Assembly (NCBI GenBank): GCA_018336075.1
Contig: JAGXRB010000261.1
Location: 221 to 64,220, forward strand
Reading direction: 5' to 3'
Length of the DNA: 64,000 nt
Source of the DNA: Bacteroidota bacterium
Lineage (GTDB): Bacteria > Bacteroidota > Bacteroidia > Bacteroidales > F082
The translations under genes and the position numbers were made by a program. How positions within the stretch are numbered: position 1 is the stretch's first letter; each line of letters starts with the position of its first letter. The notes beneath the pieces were generated by a model. The model saw only the letters and a list, made by a program, of their open reading frames with translations, made no database searches and was not told the origin of the DNA. Shown piece by piece: positions 41,190 to 51,479 of the stretch.

Positions 41190-41893
41190 CTGTATCGATT
41201 GACTTTTAATCGTTAAATACTGTTAACAAGATGTTAATCATCAAACATTATACCATCTAATCAGTCAATTAGCTGGAACCCAATGCCAGTATGGAAAAAA
41301 TTATTTTTTGATATAAATATTCTGATAATCTTTTTCCAAAAGTAAGAAGAGTGATTTTTTGTTATAAAAATCCATTTTTTAGGTCTTATAAAAACTTCAA
41401 ATTGTAAATAAGTAAAATAAGTACTGAAAATAAGGCAATTATAAATTTATAAGAATAATTCCTGAAGTCTTTTTTTGAAAAGTGTTCAATTGGAGAATGC
41501 ATTTTGAATCAGAATTGATTTTCGGAAATTCTTTTTTTTGATAAAAAGCAGATAGGTCATCACCTCGTTTAGAAAATCAAATATCTCATGTTTCGTGAAA
41601 TGGTCTTTGATCAGGAATTAAAATTCAGGAGTTTGAAACCTATCAAATCCGATGGTCTAACTTGTAAATGCATATTCGTAAATAATTATATATCAAATAT
41701 ATATGCATTTTTTTTGAATCAACGAGCATATAGATGTTCATTCAAAAGACTTGATTTATTCAATTATTTAAAGCCAATCAGGCAAGTGTAGACTTTAATG
41801 ATTTTAAATGTTTTGAATAATTTTTACTCTTTTTCGGGTGTTTTAGAGTATGGAGGACTGAAGAGTGCCTGAATATAGAATGCCTATTCGGTA

Positions 41894-41930
41894 TTTTCCC
41901 GAAATGGGAATAAATTTTCCCAAAATGGGA
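41894..41930. promoter_or_regulatory. Pair of TTCCC-N5-GGGA(A/C) inverted-repeat motifs 21 bp apart
   Basis: TTTTCCCGAAATGGGAA and TTTTCCCAAAATGGGAC. The pair lies at the distal end of the 800-bp intergenic region upstream of the 496-aa gene. Confidence 0.3.
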
Positions 41931-41995
41931 CTTGATGCTAGCCTTTTGATTTTCTTAATCTAAAATGCTTTGAAGCCTGCGAATTGTTTTTTAAG

Positions 41996-42589
41996 TTATT
42001 GGGCAGACATTGCAGTAATTTTCTTGTGAATATCAATCACTTGTGGAATCAAATGTGTTTTGCCATCATTAACTATTACAAAGTCAGCCAAATGAATTTT
42101 TTGAGATTCAGGCCATTGGTTTTGCATCCGCTTTCTAATTAGTTCTGGTTCGCTTTTATCTCTTGCGATCAATCTTTTAAAGCGTAATGCTTCAGGCGCT
42201 GAAACAAAAATTATCTTTTGAAAATCTTTGTTATAGCCGGTTTCAAAAAGAATAGCTGCTTCATACAATGTGTAGAAATCCTTGTTTTTCATTTCAAGCC
42301 ATTGAGTATACCTTTCTCTGACAGCCGGATGAATGATCCTGTTCACAAAACTCAGGTCTTCATTGTTGGTAAAGATTTTTTCCGCAAGAAGTGATGTTAC
42401 CAAATTATCGTGCTCATCGAATAATTCTTCACCAAAATGTGATTTTATTGTTTTTTTGATGTTGGCATTCGAATATAGTTTTCTGGCTTCATTATCTGCA
42501 TAAAAAACAGAAACGCTCAATCGATCAAATATTGAACATATCAAGCTTTTGCCACTCCCTATGTTGCCTGTAATGCCAACCTTAATCAT
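41996..42589 (-). CDS. coaE: Dephospho-CoA kinase
   Basis: 197 aa starting MIKVGITGNIGSGKS (P-loop), with typical CoaE length. Confidence 0.9.
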   Translation of the reverse strand: MIKVGITGNIGSGKSLICSIFDRLSVSVFYADNEARKLYSNANIKKTIKSHFGEELFDEHDNLVTSLLAEKIFTNNEDLSFVNRIIHPAVRERYTQWLEMKNKDFYTLYEAAILFETGYNKDFQKIIFVSAPEALRFKRLIARDKSEPELIRKRMQNQWPESQKIHLADFVIVNDGKTHLIPQVIDIHKKITAMSAQ

Positions 42590-43563
42590 TTCTTTAAAAT
42601 CAAGTATTCAACACGTTCAGGTGAAACACGGTTTATTTGTACTTCAACCGGCATTTTCATTACACGTATGTTCAAGAATTGCTTTCGGTCGAAAAGACCG
42701 TTTGTGTCAATTTCAGCGATAAATTCTTCTGTGTTGATCTTGTCAAAGTCCTTTGTTGCAACATTATAGAAAATTTCAACATGATCCGGAAAGACTTTCA
42801 ACAGTGGCTTAGCCGGTTTTTGAACACGAATTTTGACTTTAGATTCTGTGAATTTCTCTACATTTACCTCATAGTCAATGTATTTATTTAGAGGTCTGAA
42901 CTTATTTTCATCGAAAACAATTTTAGCCGTACCCGAAAAACTCTCCAATATTCCTTTCTTTTCAATAAGTTCTGTTGTAACAAATGTAAGCGTATCAAGG
43001 ATATGTTTGGGTGCAAAGACTTCCACAGTTTCGGGATTTAGTTTTATGTCGCCATATTGCCCAAATTGGTCTTTAAAATGAAAATCGTGAGCAAGTGAAA
43101 CAGGAATTATTGCACTGAATATAGGTTCGACATTAAAATTTATTTCATTTTCGCTAAAACTGATATCATTCTCACTTATTCCAAAATCAGCAGTTATAAA
43201 TTCTTTGATATTCAGTGTGTTAATATAATAAGTATGTTGATTTTGCTTTCTGAAAGGAACAGTAGAAAGCGGTATTTTTATCTCAACAGGTTTTTTGCTG
43301 AAATAACTAATCTTAATCAGTTGAAATCCTTTTGCATTAATAATGGCTTTCAGGCTATGAGTTGAAGCTTCATCACTGATCCAAATATCAGCAGGTGGGT
43401 CGACGATTTTCAGTTGAACATCGAAGCCAAGCGTGTAGAAAGAAGACAACTTAATAAGAAGCCAAAGCAATGAAGAAAATAACAGAAAAAGAAAAAATAC
43501 AACAAGACGCTTCCTTTTTTTGATATTTACCTGCAGTGTACTTGACTTGTGAATTCCTACCAT
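42586..43563 (-). CDS. YbbR-like domain (CdaR-family) membrane-anchored protein
   Basis: 325 aa with an N-terminal TM segment and repeated beta-rich YbbR-like modules. Overlaps coaE by 4 bp. The call comes from pattern recall only. Confidence 0.5.
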   Translation of the reverse strand: MVGIHKSSTLQVNIKKRKRLVVFFLFLLFSSLLWLLIKLSSFYTLGFDVQLKIVDPPADIWISDEASTHSLKAIINAKGFQLIKISYFSKKPVEIKIPLSTVPFRKQNQHTYYINTLNIKEFITADFGISENDISFSENEINFNVEPIFSAIIPVSLAHDFHFKDQFGQYGDIKLNPETVEVFAPKHILDTLTFVTTELIEKKGILESFSGTAKIVFDENKFRPLNKYIDYEVNVEKFTESKVKIRVQKPAKPLLKVFPDHVEIFYNVATKDFDKINTEEFIAEIDTNGLFDRKQFLNIRVMKMPVEVQINRVSPERVEYLILKK

Positions 43564-43575
43564 ATTAAAAGAGAA

Positions 43576-43602
43576 TAAAAAAGCCGGAATAAATTCCGGC
43601 TT
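43576..43602 (-). terminator. Hairpin terminator/attenuator after yajC
   Basis: AAGCCGGAAT / ATTCCGGCTT stem, followed on the minus strand by TTTTTTATT. Confidence 0.6.
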
Positions 43603-43607
43603 AAGTT

Positions 43608-43934
43608 TTATTTAGCCAGTCCAACCTGAGCACTATCAGAAATAATAGCACTCTTTTCCAGGAGAAGTTTATTTCCGCCCTCAACATCGAGCAGAACGGT
43701 TGTTTCTTTCACTTCAGCAATTCTTCCATGGATGCCTCCGATAGTGATGACTTTATCACCTTTTTTTAAGGCTTCACGAAAAACGCGTTGATCCTTTGCT
43801 TTTTTCATTTGCGGACGAATGAAAAAGAAATAGAATACCACCATAATCAATACAAGTGGTAAAAATGAAAGCAGGCCTCCGCTTTCTTGCCCTTCAGCAG
43901 GCGGAGAAAAAAGTAAAATGTTTAAAATATCCAT
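43608..43934 (-). CDS. yajC: Preprotein translocase subunit YajC
   Basis: 108 aa with one TM segment, reading FFFIRPQMKKAKDQRVFREALKKGDKVITIGGIHGRI. Confidence 0.9.
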   Translation of the reverse strand: MDILNILLFSPPAEGQESGGLLSFLPLVLIMVVFYFFFIRPQMKKAKDQRVFREALKKGDKVITIGGIHGRIAEVKETTVLLDVEGGNKLLLEKSAIISDSAQVGLAK

Positions 43935-43945
43935 AATATGTTTAA

Positions 43946-44404
43946 TTAATAAGATTCTGTTGTAACTACTTGAGCTTTAACTCTTAATGTTGTCATTTGC
44001 GGGATTCCGTTTGTGAGAACTGTAATCGTTTTATTTTGAATTCCGCGTTGCCCATTTGAATCGAAAGTGATCTCTACTTTGCCCTCCTGACCTGGTTTTA
44101 CAGGATCTCTGGTATATTTGCTTGCAGTACACCCACAGCTTGCGCTTACTTTACTTATAAGTAGGTCAGACGAACCTGTGTTTGTAAACTTAAAAACATG
44201 AATGACCTGTTCTCCTTGAATGAGACGGCCAAAATCATGTTCAACTTTATTAAATGTAATTTGAGGCACATCAGTACTTTGGATGCCTGATGCTGACTTT
44301 GGATTATTGACAAGGTTGGCAGGAATGCTTTTTTGTTCACTCTGGCAAGAAAAAAACAGTGTCAAAGCAAAAAAAGCTATAAATCGGATCATTTTTTTAT
44401 TCAT
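43946..44404 (-). CDS. DUF1573 domain lipoprotein
   Basis: 152 aa with a signal ending FFSC and ...ITFNKVEHDFGRL.QGE...HVFKFTNTGSSDLLISKV.ASCGCT. Confidence 0.75.
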   Translation of the reverse strand: MNKKMIRFIAFFALTLFFSCQSEQKSIPANLVNNPKSASGIQSTDVPQITFNKVEHDFGRLIQGEQVIHVFKFTNTGSSDLLISKVSASCGCTASKYTRDPVKPGQEGKVEITFDSNGQRGIQNKTITVLTNGIPQMTTLRVKAQVVTTESY

Positions 44405-44446
44405 ATGGCAAAACTATGATTTTATTTGTCAGGTTTAAAAAATTAA

Positions 44447-45637
44447 TCAATTACTGCTACCCATGATTGTAACCGAGCCTCTGTAAACTTCATTGCTTTT
44501 AAAACCTTCGCATTGAAGAACGTAAAAATATACGCCATCTTTCAGGCCATCTCCACCCCAGTCATTATTATAATTGCTGGATTCATATACCTTTCTTCCC
44601 TGACGGTTAAAGATAACCAAAGTAGTTCTTTTGTAGTAGGCCGACAGCGGTTTGATTCCACCTGATGTTGAAACTGCTTTCAGATCAACACCTGGTTCAC
44701 CATCACTTGCAGGAGCTTCGGTTATGATAAAAACATCATTTATATTATCTCCATTGGGAGTAATGATGTTTGGTATCTGAAGTTTTATGGGCAATACTTT
44801 TACTTCTTTGAAATAAACTGTGTCACAACCTTGCTGATTGTATACAGTCAGATATGCCTGGTAATCGCCTACTTCAGTATACACATGAACCGGTGCGTCA
44901 ATAACTGATCTGGGACTATTATCACCAAACTCCCAAAAATGACTTACGATTTGAACGGTGTCGATGGATAGATTCTCAAATTCAAAGGTAACGTATGGGT
45001 TTTGAATATAGGCTGTGTCTGGCGTTGTTGATATTTCAACGGTGGCATTGGAGAAGGCTTTTGTATAAACAGAATCGCTATTGGAGCAACCATTAACATC
45101 AGTTACATTGATGAAATACTTCTGATGCGCTTTAAGACCAATTGCAAGCGAAGGGTTTGAAGGAGCAATCTGCGTAGGCCTTACATTCCATTCGTAAATA
45201 TATGGTCCTGACTCGCCCAATGCAGTAGCTTTTATCATAGCAGTATTTCCGTTATCATTATCACCATTGGTGCAGGTAAGCTGCATCTGTTCAAACGAAA
45301 TTTTAAAGGATGGGTACACTTCAATGACAAAAGGAGCGCTATAACATGCTTCACCCGTAATAGTATCGGTAACAGTAACTGTGAAAGTTGTAGTTTCGGC
45401 GGCTTTATATTTTATGAATGAAGTTGTTTCGCCTCCGGGGCTCCATAAGTACACATTATTTTCCCCTTTGGCAACTGATAAAGTTACTGTTTGACCATGG
45501 CAGACTGGGATATCACTATCAACTGTAATTAAACAATCAATTTGTGAATGAGCCAATCCGGGAATGGCAAATACAGTGATAAATACCAGTTTTATAAATT
45601 TTGACATGAAAGTCTGTCTTTTAGAAATATTTCTCAT
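44447..45637 (-). CDS. Gliding-motility-associated / T9SS type-B C-terminal domain protein with a PKD-like domain
   Basis: 396 aa. The C-terminus PNIITPNGDNINDVFII....GVYFYVL is the CHU_C type-B sorting domain. The likely true start is MSKFIKLVF. Confidence 0.75.
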   Translation of the reverse strand: MRNISKRQTFMSKFIKLVFITVFAIPGLAHSQIDCLITVDSDIPVCHGQTVTLSVAKGENNVYLWSPGGETTSFIKYKAAETTTFTVTVTDTITGEACYSAPFVIEVYPSFKISFEQMQLTCTNGDNDNGNTAMIKATALGESGPYIYEWNVRPTQIAPSNPSLAIGLKAHQKYFINVTDVNGCSNSDSVYTKAFSNATVEISTTPDTAYIQNPYVTFEFENLSIDTVQIVSHFWEFGDNSPRSVIDAPVHVYTEVGDYQAYLTVYNQQGCDTVYFKEVKVLPIKLQIPNIITPNGDNINDVFIITEAPASDGEPGVDLKAVSTSGGIKPLSAYYKRTTLVIFNRQGRKVYESSNYNNDWGGDGLKDGVYFYVLQCEGFKSNEVYRGSVTIMGSSN

Positions 45638-45705
45638 TCGAAAATAACGCTGTAAATGACAACTTAAGTGTGCAAAAATAACAAAAAATGTCTTGTGTGA
45701 TTTTA

Positions 45706-46068
45706 TCAGAATGAACCTTGTCCAAGCATAACCAAAGTGCAGTCTGAAACTACTTCAATTCCCAGCTCTTTGGCTTTGGAAGCAAGGCCGCTGTTTTCGG
45801 TGCCAGGATTGAAAATAATTCTTTTTGGCTTTAATTCAAGGATTGACTTTTCAATTGGTTTCTGATTTCCCTGATTGATGTAAAGTGTTATCGTGTCAAT
45901 GTTTTCAATACCTTCAAATCCAATTTGAATTGGAATGCCTGCTGCAAAATCTTCTCTGCTCCCAATTGCAAAAACCTCATGATTGTTTTGAAGCAGTTTC
46001 TTAATTGCCATATGCGAAAACCGATGTGGTTTTGGGCTGGCTCCAATAACTAAAACACGCTTTTTCAT
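45706..46068 (-). CDS. CoA-binding domain protein
   Basis: 120 aa with a Rossmann-like start MKKRVLVIGASPKPHRFSHMA..., like the YccU/CoA_binding_2 family. Confidence 0.65.
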   Translation of the reverse strand: MKKRVLVIGASPKPHRFSHMAIKKLLQNNHEVFAIGSREDFAAGIPIQIGFEGIENIDTITLYINQGNQKPIEKSILELKPKRIIFNPGTENSGLASKAKELGIEVVSDCTLVMLGQGSF

Positions 46069-46271
46069 TTTATTTTGGTTTCAAAAATACTCAGTCTAAA
46101 AACAACCGGTAACCAGAGTTTAAAATATGCCAGAAACTTAATTCTTAACTGGTAAAACGTAATTCCGGGCGTTAAAAGATATTTAGGTAATAGACTTAAA
46201 AAATTCTAATACAATGATACTGAAAAATTTCGAATTTATGGTTAGCCTTTAGCCAATCAGATAAAGCATTT

Positions 46272-47348
46272 TTACTGTTTATAAACAAATGCGTTAATGT
46301 TCATGCCAGCACCAACTGATGCAAAAATTACAACATCACCCTCATTAATCTGATGACCTTCGAGTTGATTTTTCAGAATCATATCATACAATGTGGGAAC
46401 TGTTGCGACAGAGCTGTTGCCCAGTGTTTGAATGTTCATCGGCATTTTCTCAGCTGTGCTCACTTTCACTTTATAGAGCTTGTAAAAACGCTGAACTATC
46501 GCTTCATCCATCTTTTCATTGGCCTGATGGATTAATACTTTTTTTATTTCTTCGATGTCAATGCCTGATCGATCCATTGCAACTTTCATTGCTGAAGGCA
46601 CTTGAGTGAGCGAATATTCATAAATTTTACGGCCATTCATTTTGATATAACCGATCTTTGGATCACTGTCAGGAAAATTTGATTTGCCATGATACAGGTA
46701 TCCAACTTCTTCTTCGGTATGTGAAACGCTTGCATACGATAGCAATCCTTTTTTCTCATCGGATTCAATGCCTTCAACAATTGTAGCGCCGGCTCCATCG
46801 CTAAAAATCATCGTATCTCTGTCATAAACATCAACTACCCGTGAAAGTGTTTCACTTCCAATAACAAGACAACGTTTGGCCATGCCGGATTGAATAAAAG
46901 CATGGGATTGTATGACTCCCTGAATCCAGCCAGGACAGCCAAAGACAATGTCATAAGCTACACAAGATGGGTTTTTAATTCCAAGCAAATGTTTCACTCT
47001 TGATGCTATGCTTGGCACAATATCAGTTTGAATGCTGTCTTTTGTTACGTTTCCAAAATTATGAGCAACGATAATCTGGTCAATAGTTTCGCGATCAATA
47101 CCTGCATCCAGAATTGCTTTCTCAGCTGCTATACCAGCAATATCTGAATTGTTTATGTCTTCATCTACCCACCTTCTTTCATAAATTCCTGTAATATCCC
47201 GAAATTTTCTGGTTACTTCTTCCCCGGGGCTATCAATCAGGCTGTGATCCTTTTCGAAAAATATCTGTTTTAAAAAATCTGAATTGCTGATGACACGTGA
47301 TGGGATAAAACTTCCAGTCCCCGTAATGACAGTGTTGATGTACTTCAT
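46272..47348 (-). CDS. 3-oxoacyl-ACP synthase III family (FabH-like KAS III)
   Basis: 358 aa with an active-site Cys context (FGCPGW), then HQAN and GNSS(V)A motifs. Confidence 0.8.
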   Translation of the reverse strand: MKYINTVITGTGSFIPSRVISNSDFLKQIFFEKDHSLIDSPGEEVTRKFRDITGIYERRWVDEDINNSDIAGIAAEKAILDAGIDRETIDQIIVAHNFGNVTKDSIQTDIVPSIASRVKHLLGIKNPSCVAYDIVFGCPGWIQGVIQSHAFIQSGMAKRCLVIGSETLSRVVDVYDRDTMIFSDGAGATIVEGIESDEKKGLLSYASVSHTEEEVGYLYHGKSNFPDSDPKIGYIKMNGRKIYEYSLTQVPSAMKVAMDRSGIDIEEIKKVLIHQANEKMDEAIVQRFYKLYKVKVSTAEKMPMNIQTLGNSSVATVPTLYDMILKNQLEGHQINEGDVVIFASVGAGMNINAFVYKQ

Positions 47349-47614
47349 TTTTTACAAGTTATTAATAATAAATGAGTTATAGTTTATATTATAGCAATTT
47401 TATAATCAAAAAGTATACAAAATAGTCGCCAAAGGTAAAGTTTTTTGACTTTCGGAGGTGCATTTGGTTTTTGGGAGCTCAATTTCATTGATGCCAGGGC
47501 AATTTTTTATGGCTTTCTTAACAGGATAATTGAAGCACGAAATATTTGAAAGGTTATTTTTGCAAAAATTATCAGCTTTATGAAATGTCAAGGCAATTAA
47601 AGTAATTTAAGTAC

Positions 47615-47622
47615 TAATTTTG
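47615..47622 (+). promoter_or_regulatory. -7 box TAATTTTG upstream of the 1215-aa gene
   Basis: Exact TAnnTTTG match about 37 nt upstream of the ATG at 47659. Confidence 0.45.
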
Positions 47623-47658
47623 CTTGATTAAAATAGGTGTTATATAAAAAATAAATTG

Positions 47659-50600
47659 ATGTATAAATTCAATCATCTCAGAATTGCATTGCTGTTCGCA
47701 TACATTTTAGTGTTTTTCAATCCGTTTTTGGCATTAAGTCAAACAAATGATACAGCAGTTAACCCCTATTGGGTTGAAATGATGCAAAATGAAAAAGTTA
47801 ATTTTTTTCAGACTCAACGTGCTTTTGAAACCTATTGGGAAGGAAGGGAAGTAACAAAAGGAAGTGGGTTTAAGCCTTTCAAAAGGTGGGAATACATGAT
47901 GAGTCAGCGCGTTTCTCCGGATGGAACCAGGCCTTCGCCCGACAGAGAAATTTTGGCCTATAATGATTTCTTGCAAAAATATGGTAAGACACGCAATCTT
48001 AATGGAGACTGGACTGCTCTCGGACCATTCACTGTGCCCTCAGGCTACAACGGTTATCGTGGTTTGGGTCGTCTTAATGCGATCGCTTTTCATCCGTCAA
48101 ATCCTGATATCATCTATGTTGGTGCACCATCAGGGGGATTGTGGGTTTCCTATGATCATGGAACGAATTGGATCGTATTAACAGATCATCTTCCAACATT
48201 GGGTATCTCATCGATTATCATCGACTATAATAATCCTTCTGTTCTATACATCGGTACCGGTGACAGGGATGCCGGCGATGCTCCCGGACTTGGGGTCTGG
48301 CGAAGTATTGATGGAGGCATTTCCTGGGAGCCCTGGAGCAATGGAATGGGAAATGTGACTGTTGGCAGAATGGTTCAACATCCTGTCAATTCAGAAATCA
48401 TGCTGGCGGCTACCAACGCAGGTGTTTTTCGTACAAATAATGGTGGTTTAAGTTGGATGTTGTCTCGTAACGGAAATTTCAAGGAAATTGTTTTGAAACC
48501 TGATAATCCGGATGTTGTTTATGCTGCAATTGGTGGTACATTCTATAAATCCATTGATAACGGAATCAGTTTTTCGGCTGTTTCTAATGGACTTCCTGGC
48601 GGCAGCAGAGGAGTGATAGGTGTTTCTGCTGCTAATCCTGAAATAGTATACTTTCTACTTACTAATTCTGACTCTTTTAAAGGTATTTACAGGTCTGAAA
48701 ACGCAGGTGAAAGTTTTACATTGCGATCAAACTCACCCAATATAATGGCTTGGGATTGCAATGGCGGAAGTGGTGGACAAGCCTGGTATGACCTTGATAT
48801 GGCCGTTGATCCTGCAAATGCTGATGTAATATACGGTGGTGGAGTCAATTGTTTTAAATCATCCAACGGTGGATTGAGTTGGGCGATACGCTCACATTGG
48901 TATGGTGCATGTGGCGTTCAATCTGTTCATGCTGATTTGCATGTTCTGGAATATTCTCCTATAAATAACAGACTTTATGCTGGAAATGATGGGGGTCTTT
49001 ATTGGTCAGATAATGGTGGAGTTAACTGGACTGAAATTTCAAACGGACTGGTTATAAGTCAGGCCTACAAAATAGGTCAAAGTGCAACAAACAAAGATTT
49101 TGTTATTAACGGCTACCAGGACAATGGAACTTCCGTAATCAATGAATCAAACTGGGTTGCTGTAGGAGGAGGTGATGGAATGGAATGTGCCTACGACCCT
49201 TTTGATGCGCGATATAGTTATTACACCTTATACTATGGAGATGTTTTCCGGAATTTTAACAACAATTCCAATGGTAAAATTGCTGGCTCACAAACAAATG
49301 GCATCACAGAAAGTGGTGGTTGGGTTACACCATTTATCATCGATCATAATGATGGGAATGTTATGTTTATTGGTTTTAAAAATATTTGGCGCAGCACAAA
49401 TATTAAAGCTTCACCAGTTGGAAATGTTCAATGGGAGAAAGTTAGCACTATGAATACAAGCAATTTCAATGTTTTAGCCCAGTCTTATGCAAATACAAAT
49501 ATCATTTATGCTGCCAGCGGAAACAAGCTTTATTTTTCAGAAAACGTAAAAGATCTGTCAGTAAACTGGATTAACAGAACTGGAAATCTTCCGGCTGTTA
49601 ATAATATTACAGCCATAGAAACGCATCCAACAGATGAAAATGTTGTTTATATAGCACAACAAACCAGGATTTTTAAATCAATTGACAAAGGCGTTTCGTG
49701 GCAAGAGATCACAGCAAACCTTTCAGGTATCCAGATAAATTCAATCGCTTATTACAAAAACAGCAACGAAGGGCTTTATCTGGGAACAGATATTGCTGTT
49801 TTTTACCGTGATAATTCAATGAGCGACTGGATATTGTTTAACAATGGATTGCCGGCAAGTGTAAAAGTGACTGAGGTAGAAATCTTTTATGATCCCTTAA
49901 GTCCGGAAGGTGATTTGATCAGAGCAGGTACCTATGGCAGAGGCCTTTGGAGTTCTCCGCCCTATCTTTCAACTTTGGCAGCCGCATTCTCATCGTCTTT
50001 AGTAACTGTGACAGCTGGATGTACAGTTGATTTTTATGATGAAACATTGGGCATTCCGCAGGAGTGGACATGGACTTTTGAAGGCGGCAATCCAGCCTTC
50101 TCAAATGAAAGATTCCCTACCGGAATTTTGTATGAAAATGAGGGTGTTTTTGATGTACACCTTATAGTGACAAACGCGCTCGGAAGTGACACCTTGGTTT
50201 GTTCAGATTGTATTACTGTCACAGCTGCTGCAGCTCCTGTAGCTAATTTTGAAGCATCAAAACTGATTGGTTGCGCAGGAATGGTAGTTGAGTTGCAGGA
50301 TTTATCAGAAAATTGTCCTTCAACATGGAACTGGGAATTTATTCCTGCTGATGTAAGTTTTTTGAATGAAACAAGTTCATACTCTAAAAACCCGGTCGTA
50401 CAATTCAATCAGAATACAGCATATAGTGTAAAACTCACTGTTTCTAATCATGTTGGCGATGCCTCAAAAGAGATGAATGATTACATTCTTGTAGGCGGAT
50501 ATTCAATGCCTTACGAACAAAGTTTTGATGTGCTCACATTTGGTGAAATTGGATGGGAAGTTGAAAATCCGGATGGTTTGAAAACATGGGAAATACAAAC

Positions 50601-51303
50601 ACTTGGTAATGGTAGTCGAACTGCCTGGATGAATTTCTTCAGTTATAATTACCTTTTTAGAACAGACTATCTGATAAGTCCACCTTTAAATCTTGAAGGA
50701 ATGCAGAATGCATATATAAGTTTTGATTATGCCTATGCCCAAAAAAATAACAGGAAAGATTCATTGAGAGTCAGCGTTTCAACTGATTGTGGCATCACCT
50801 GGGAAAGGGTTTATTCAAATGGTCCTAACGGTCAGGGTATATTTGAAACCACATTTCCGACTACACTTTCATTTGTGCCGCAACAAATAGAAGATTGGTG
50901 CAGTGCCGGAACCTACGGAGCTCCTTGCCCGATTATAGATATCAGCCAGTATGCAGGTATCTCTGGTTTGAAAATTCGTTTTGAAGCCTATAATCATTTT
51001 GGAAACAATCTCTATTTGTCAAATATGCATGTTTCTCAACTTCTCGGAATCTTCCCTGAAGAGAAAACCTCTAGTGAGATGCAATTGTATCCAAATCCAG
51101 CAAGCTCGAATATCATAATCCGTGTACCGGATCAAGCTGTAGGCAGTGAAATTGTTTTTCGAGATATTCAAGGAATTATCCTTAAACGCTTTATTGTTAA
51201 TGCTTCTGAAACTGAAATCAGTACTGAAGGGTTTGTAAAAGGAATGTATTTTGTTGAAGTCAAACACAAATCTATAGCTCCAAAGAAGTTGATTATTCAT
51301 TAA
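47659..51303 (+). CDS. Large T9SS-secreted protein: BNR/sortilin-Vps10-like beta-propeller, two PKD-like domains, a jelly-roll module and a Por CTD
   Basis: About 1214 aa. It has multiple S.D.G.(S/T)W BNR-like motifs, PKD-like segments (..F.D.S.G.P..W.W.F.GG.P..S....P...Y...G.F.V.L.V.N..G) and a C-terminal YPNPASSNIIIRV...GMYFVEV...KKLIIH. Confidence 0.7.
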   Translation: MYKFNHLRIALLFAYILVFFNPFLALSQTNDTAVNPYWVEMMQNEKVNFFQTQRAFETYWEGREVTKGSGFKPFKRWEYMMSQRVSPDGTRPSPDREILAYNDFLQKYGKTRNLNGDWTALGPFTVPSGYNGYRGLGRLNAIAFHPSNPDIIYVGAPSGGLWVSYDHGTNWIVLTDHLPTLGISSIIIDYNNPSVLYIGTGDRDAGDAPGLGVWRSIDGGISWEPWSNGMGNVTVGRMVQHPVNSEIMLAATNAGVFRTNNGGLSWMLSRNGNFKEIVLKPDNPDVVYAAIGGTFYKSIDNGISFSAVSNGLPGGSRGVIGVSAANPEIVYFLLTNSDSFKGIYRSENAGESFTLRSNSPNIMAWDCNGGSGGQAWYDLDMAVDPANADVIYGGGVNCFKSSNGGLSWAIRSHWYGACGVQSVHADLHVLEYSPINNRLYAGNDGGLYWSDNGGVNWTEISNGLVISQAYKIGQSATNKDFVINGYQDNGTSVINESNWVAVGGGDGMECAYDPFDARYSYYTLYYGDVFRNFNNNSNGKIAGSQTNGITESGGWVTPFIIDHNDGNVMFIGFKNIWRSTNIKASPVGNVQWEKVSTMNTSNFNVLAQSYANTNIIYAASGNKLYFSENVKDLSVNWINRTGNLPAVNNITAIETHPTDENVVYIAQQTRIFKSIDKGVSWQEITANLSGIQINSIAYYKNSNEGLYLGTDIAVFYRDNSMSDWILFNNGLPASVKVTEVEIFYDPLSPEGDLIRAGTYGRGLWSSPPYLSTLAAAFSSSLVTVTAGCTVDFYDETLGIPQEWTWTFEGGNPAFSNERFPTGILYENEGVFDVHLIVTNALGSDTLVCSDCITVTAAAAPVANFEASKLIGCAGMVVELQDLSENCPSTWNWEFIPADVSFLNETSSYSKNPVVQFNQNTAYSVKLTVSNHVGDASKEMNDYILVGGYSMPYEQSFDVLTFGEIGWEVENPDGLKTWEIQTLGNGSRTAWMNFFSYNYLFRTDYLISPPLNLEGMQNAYISFDYAYAQKNNRKDSLRVSVSTDCGITWERVYSNGPNGQGIFETTFPTTLSFVPQQIEDWCSAGTYGAPCPIIDISQYAGISGLKIRFEAYNHFGNNLYLSNMHVSQLLGIFPEEKTSSEMQLYPNPASSNIIIRVPDQAVGSEIVFRDIQGIILKRFIVNASETEISTEGFVKGMYFVEVKHKSIAPKKLIIH

Positions 51304-51448
51304 AAATTAAAGGAAATCGACTTTTTTTAAAAAGGATTTTCCTGTAATTGAGTCCTGATTTATTTATTCTTTTCAAATGAACTCACGTGAAAAGCTGTTC
51401 ATGTGGTAAAACAATTGATAGCTTTTACCCGTCCTTTTAAACTAATGC

Positions 51449-51456
51449 TATATTTG
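51449..51456 (+). promoter_or_regulatory. -7 box TATATTTG upstream of the 968-aa gene
   Basis: TAnnTTTG match 24 nt upstream of the ATG at 51480. Confidence 0.45.
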
Positions 51457-51479
51457 CACTTTACATAAAGTTATAATAC

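Noticed and set aside
41588-41791. A 67-aa plus-strand ORF in the long intergenic region
   Set aside because: It is AT-rich with low-complexity composition, has no -7 box or recognisable domain, and is isolated on the strand opposite all its neighbours. It is most likely a chance ORF.
47406-47591. A 61-aa minus-strand ORF upstream of the fabH-like gene
   Set aside because: It lies in the divergent promoter region between the fabH-like gene and the 1215-aa gene. It has no supporting signals or similarity.
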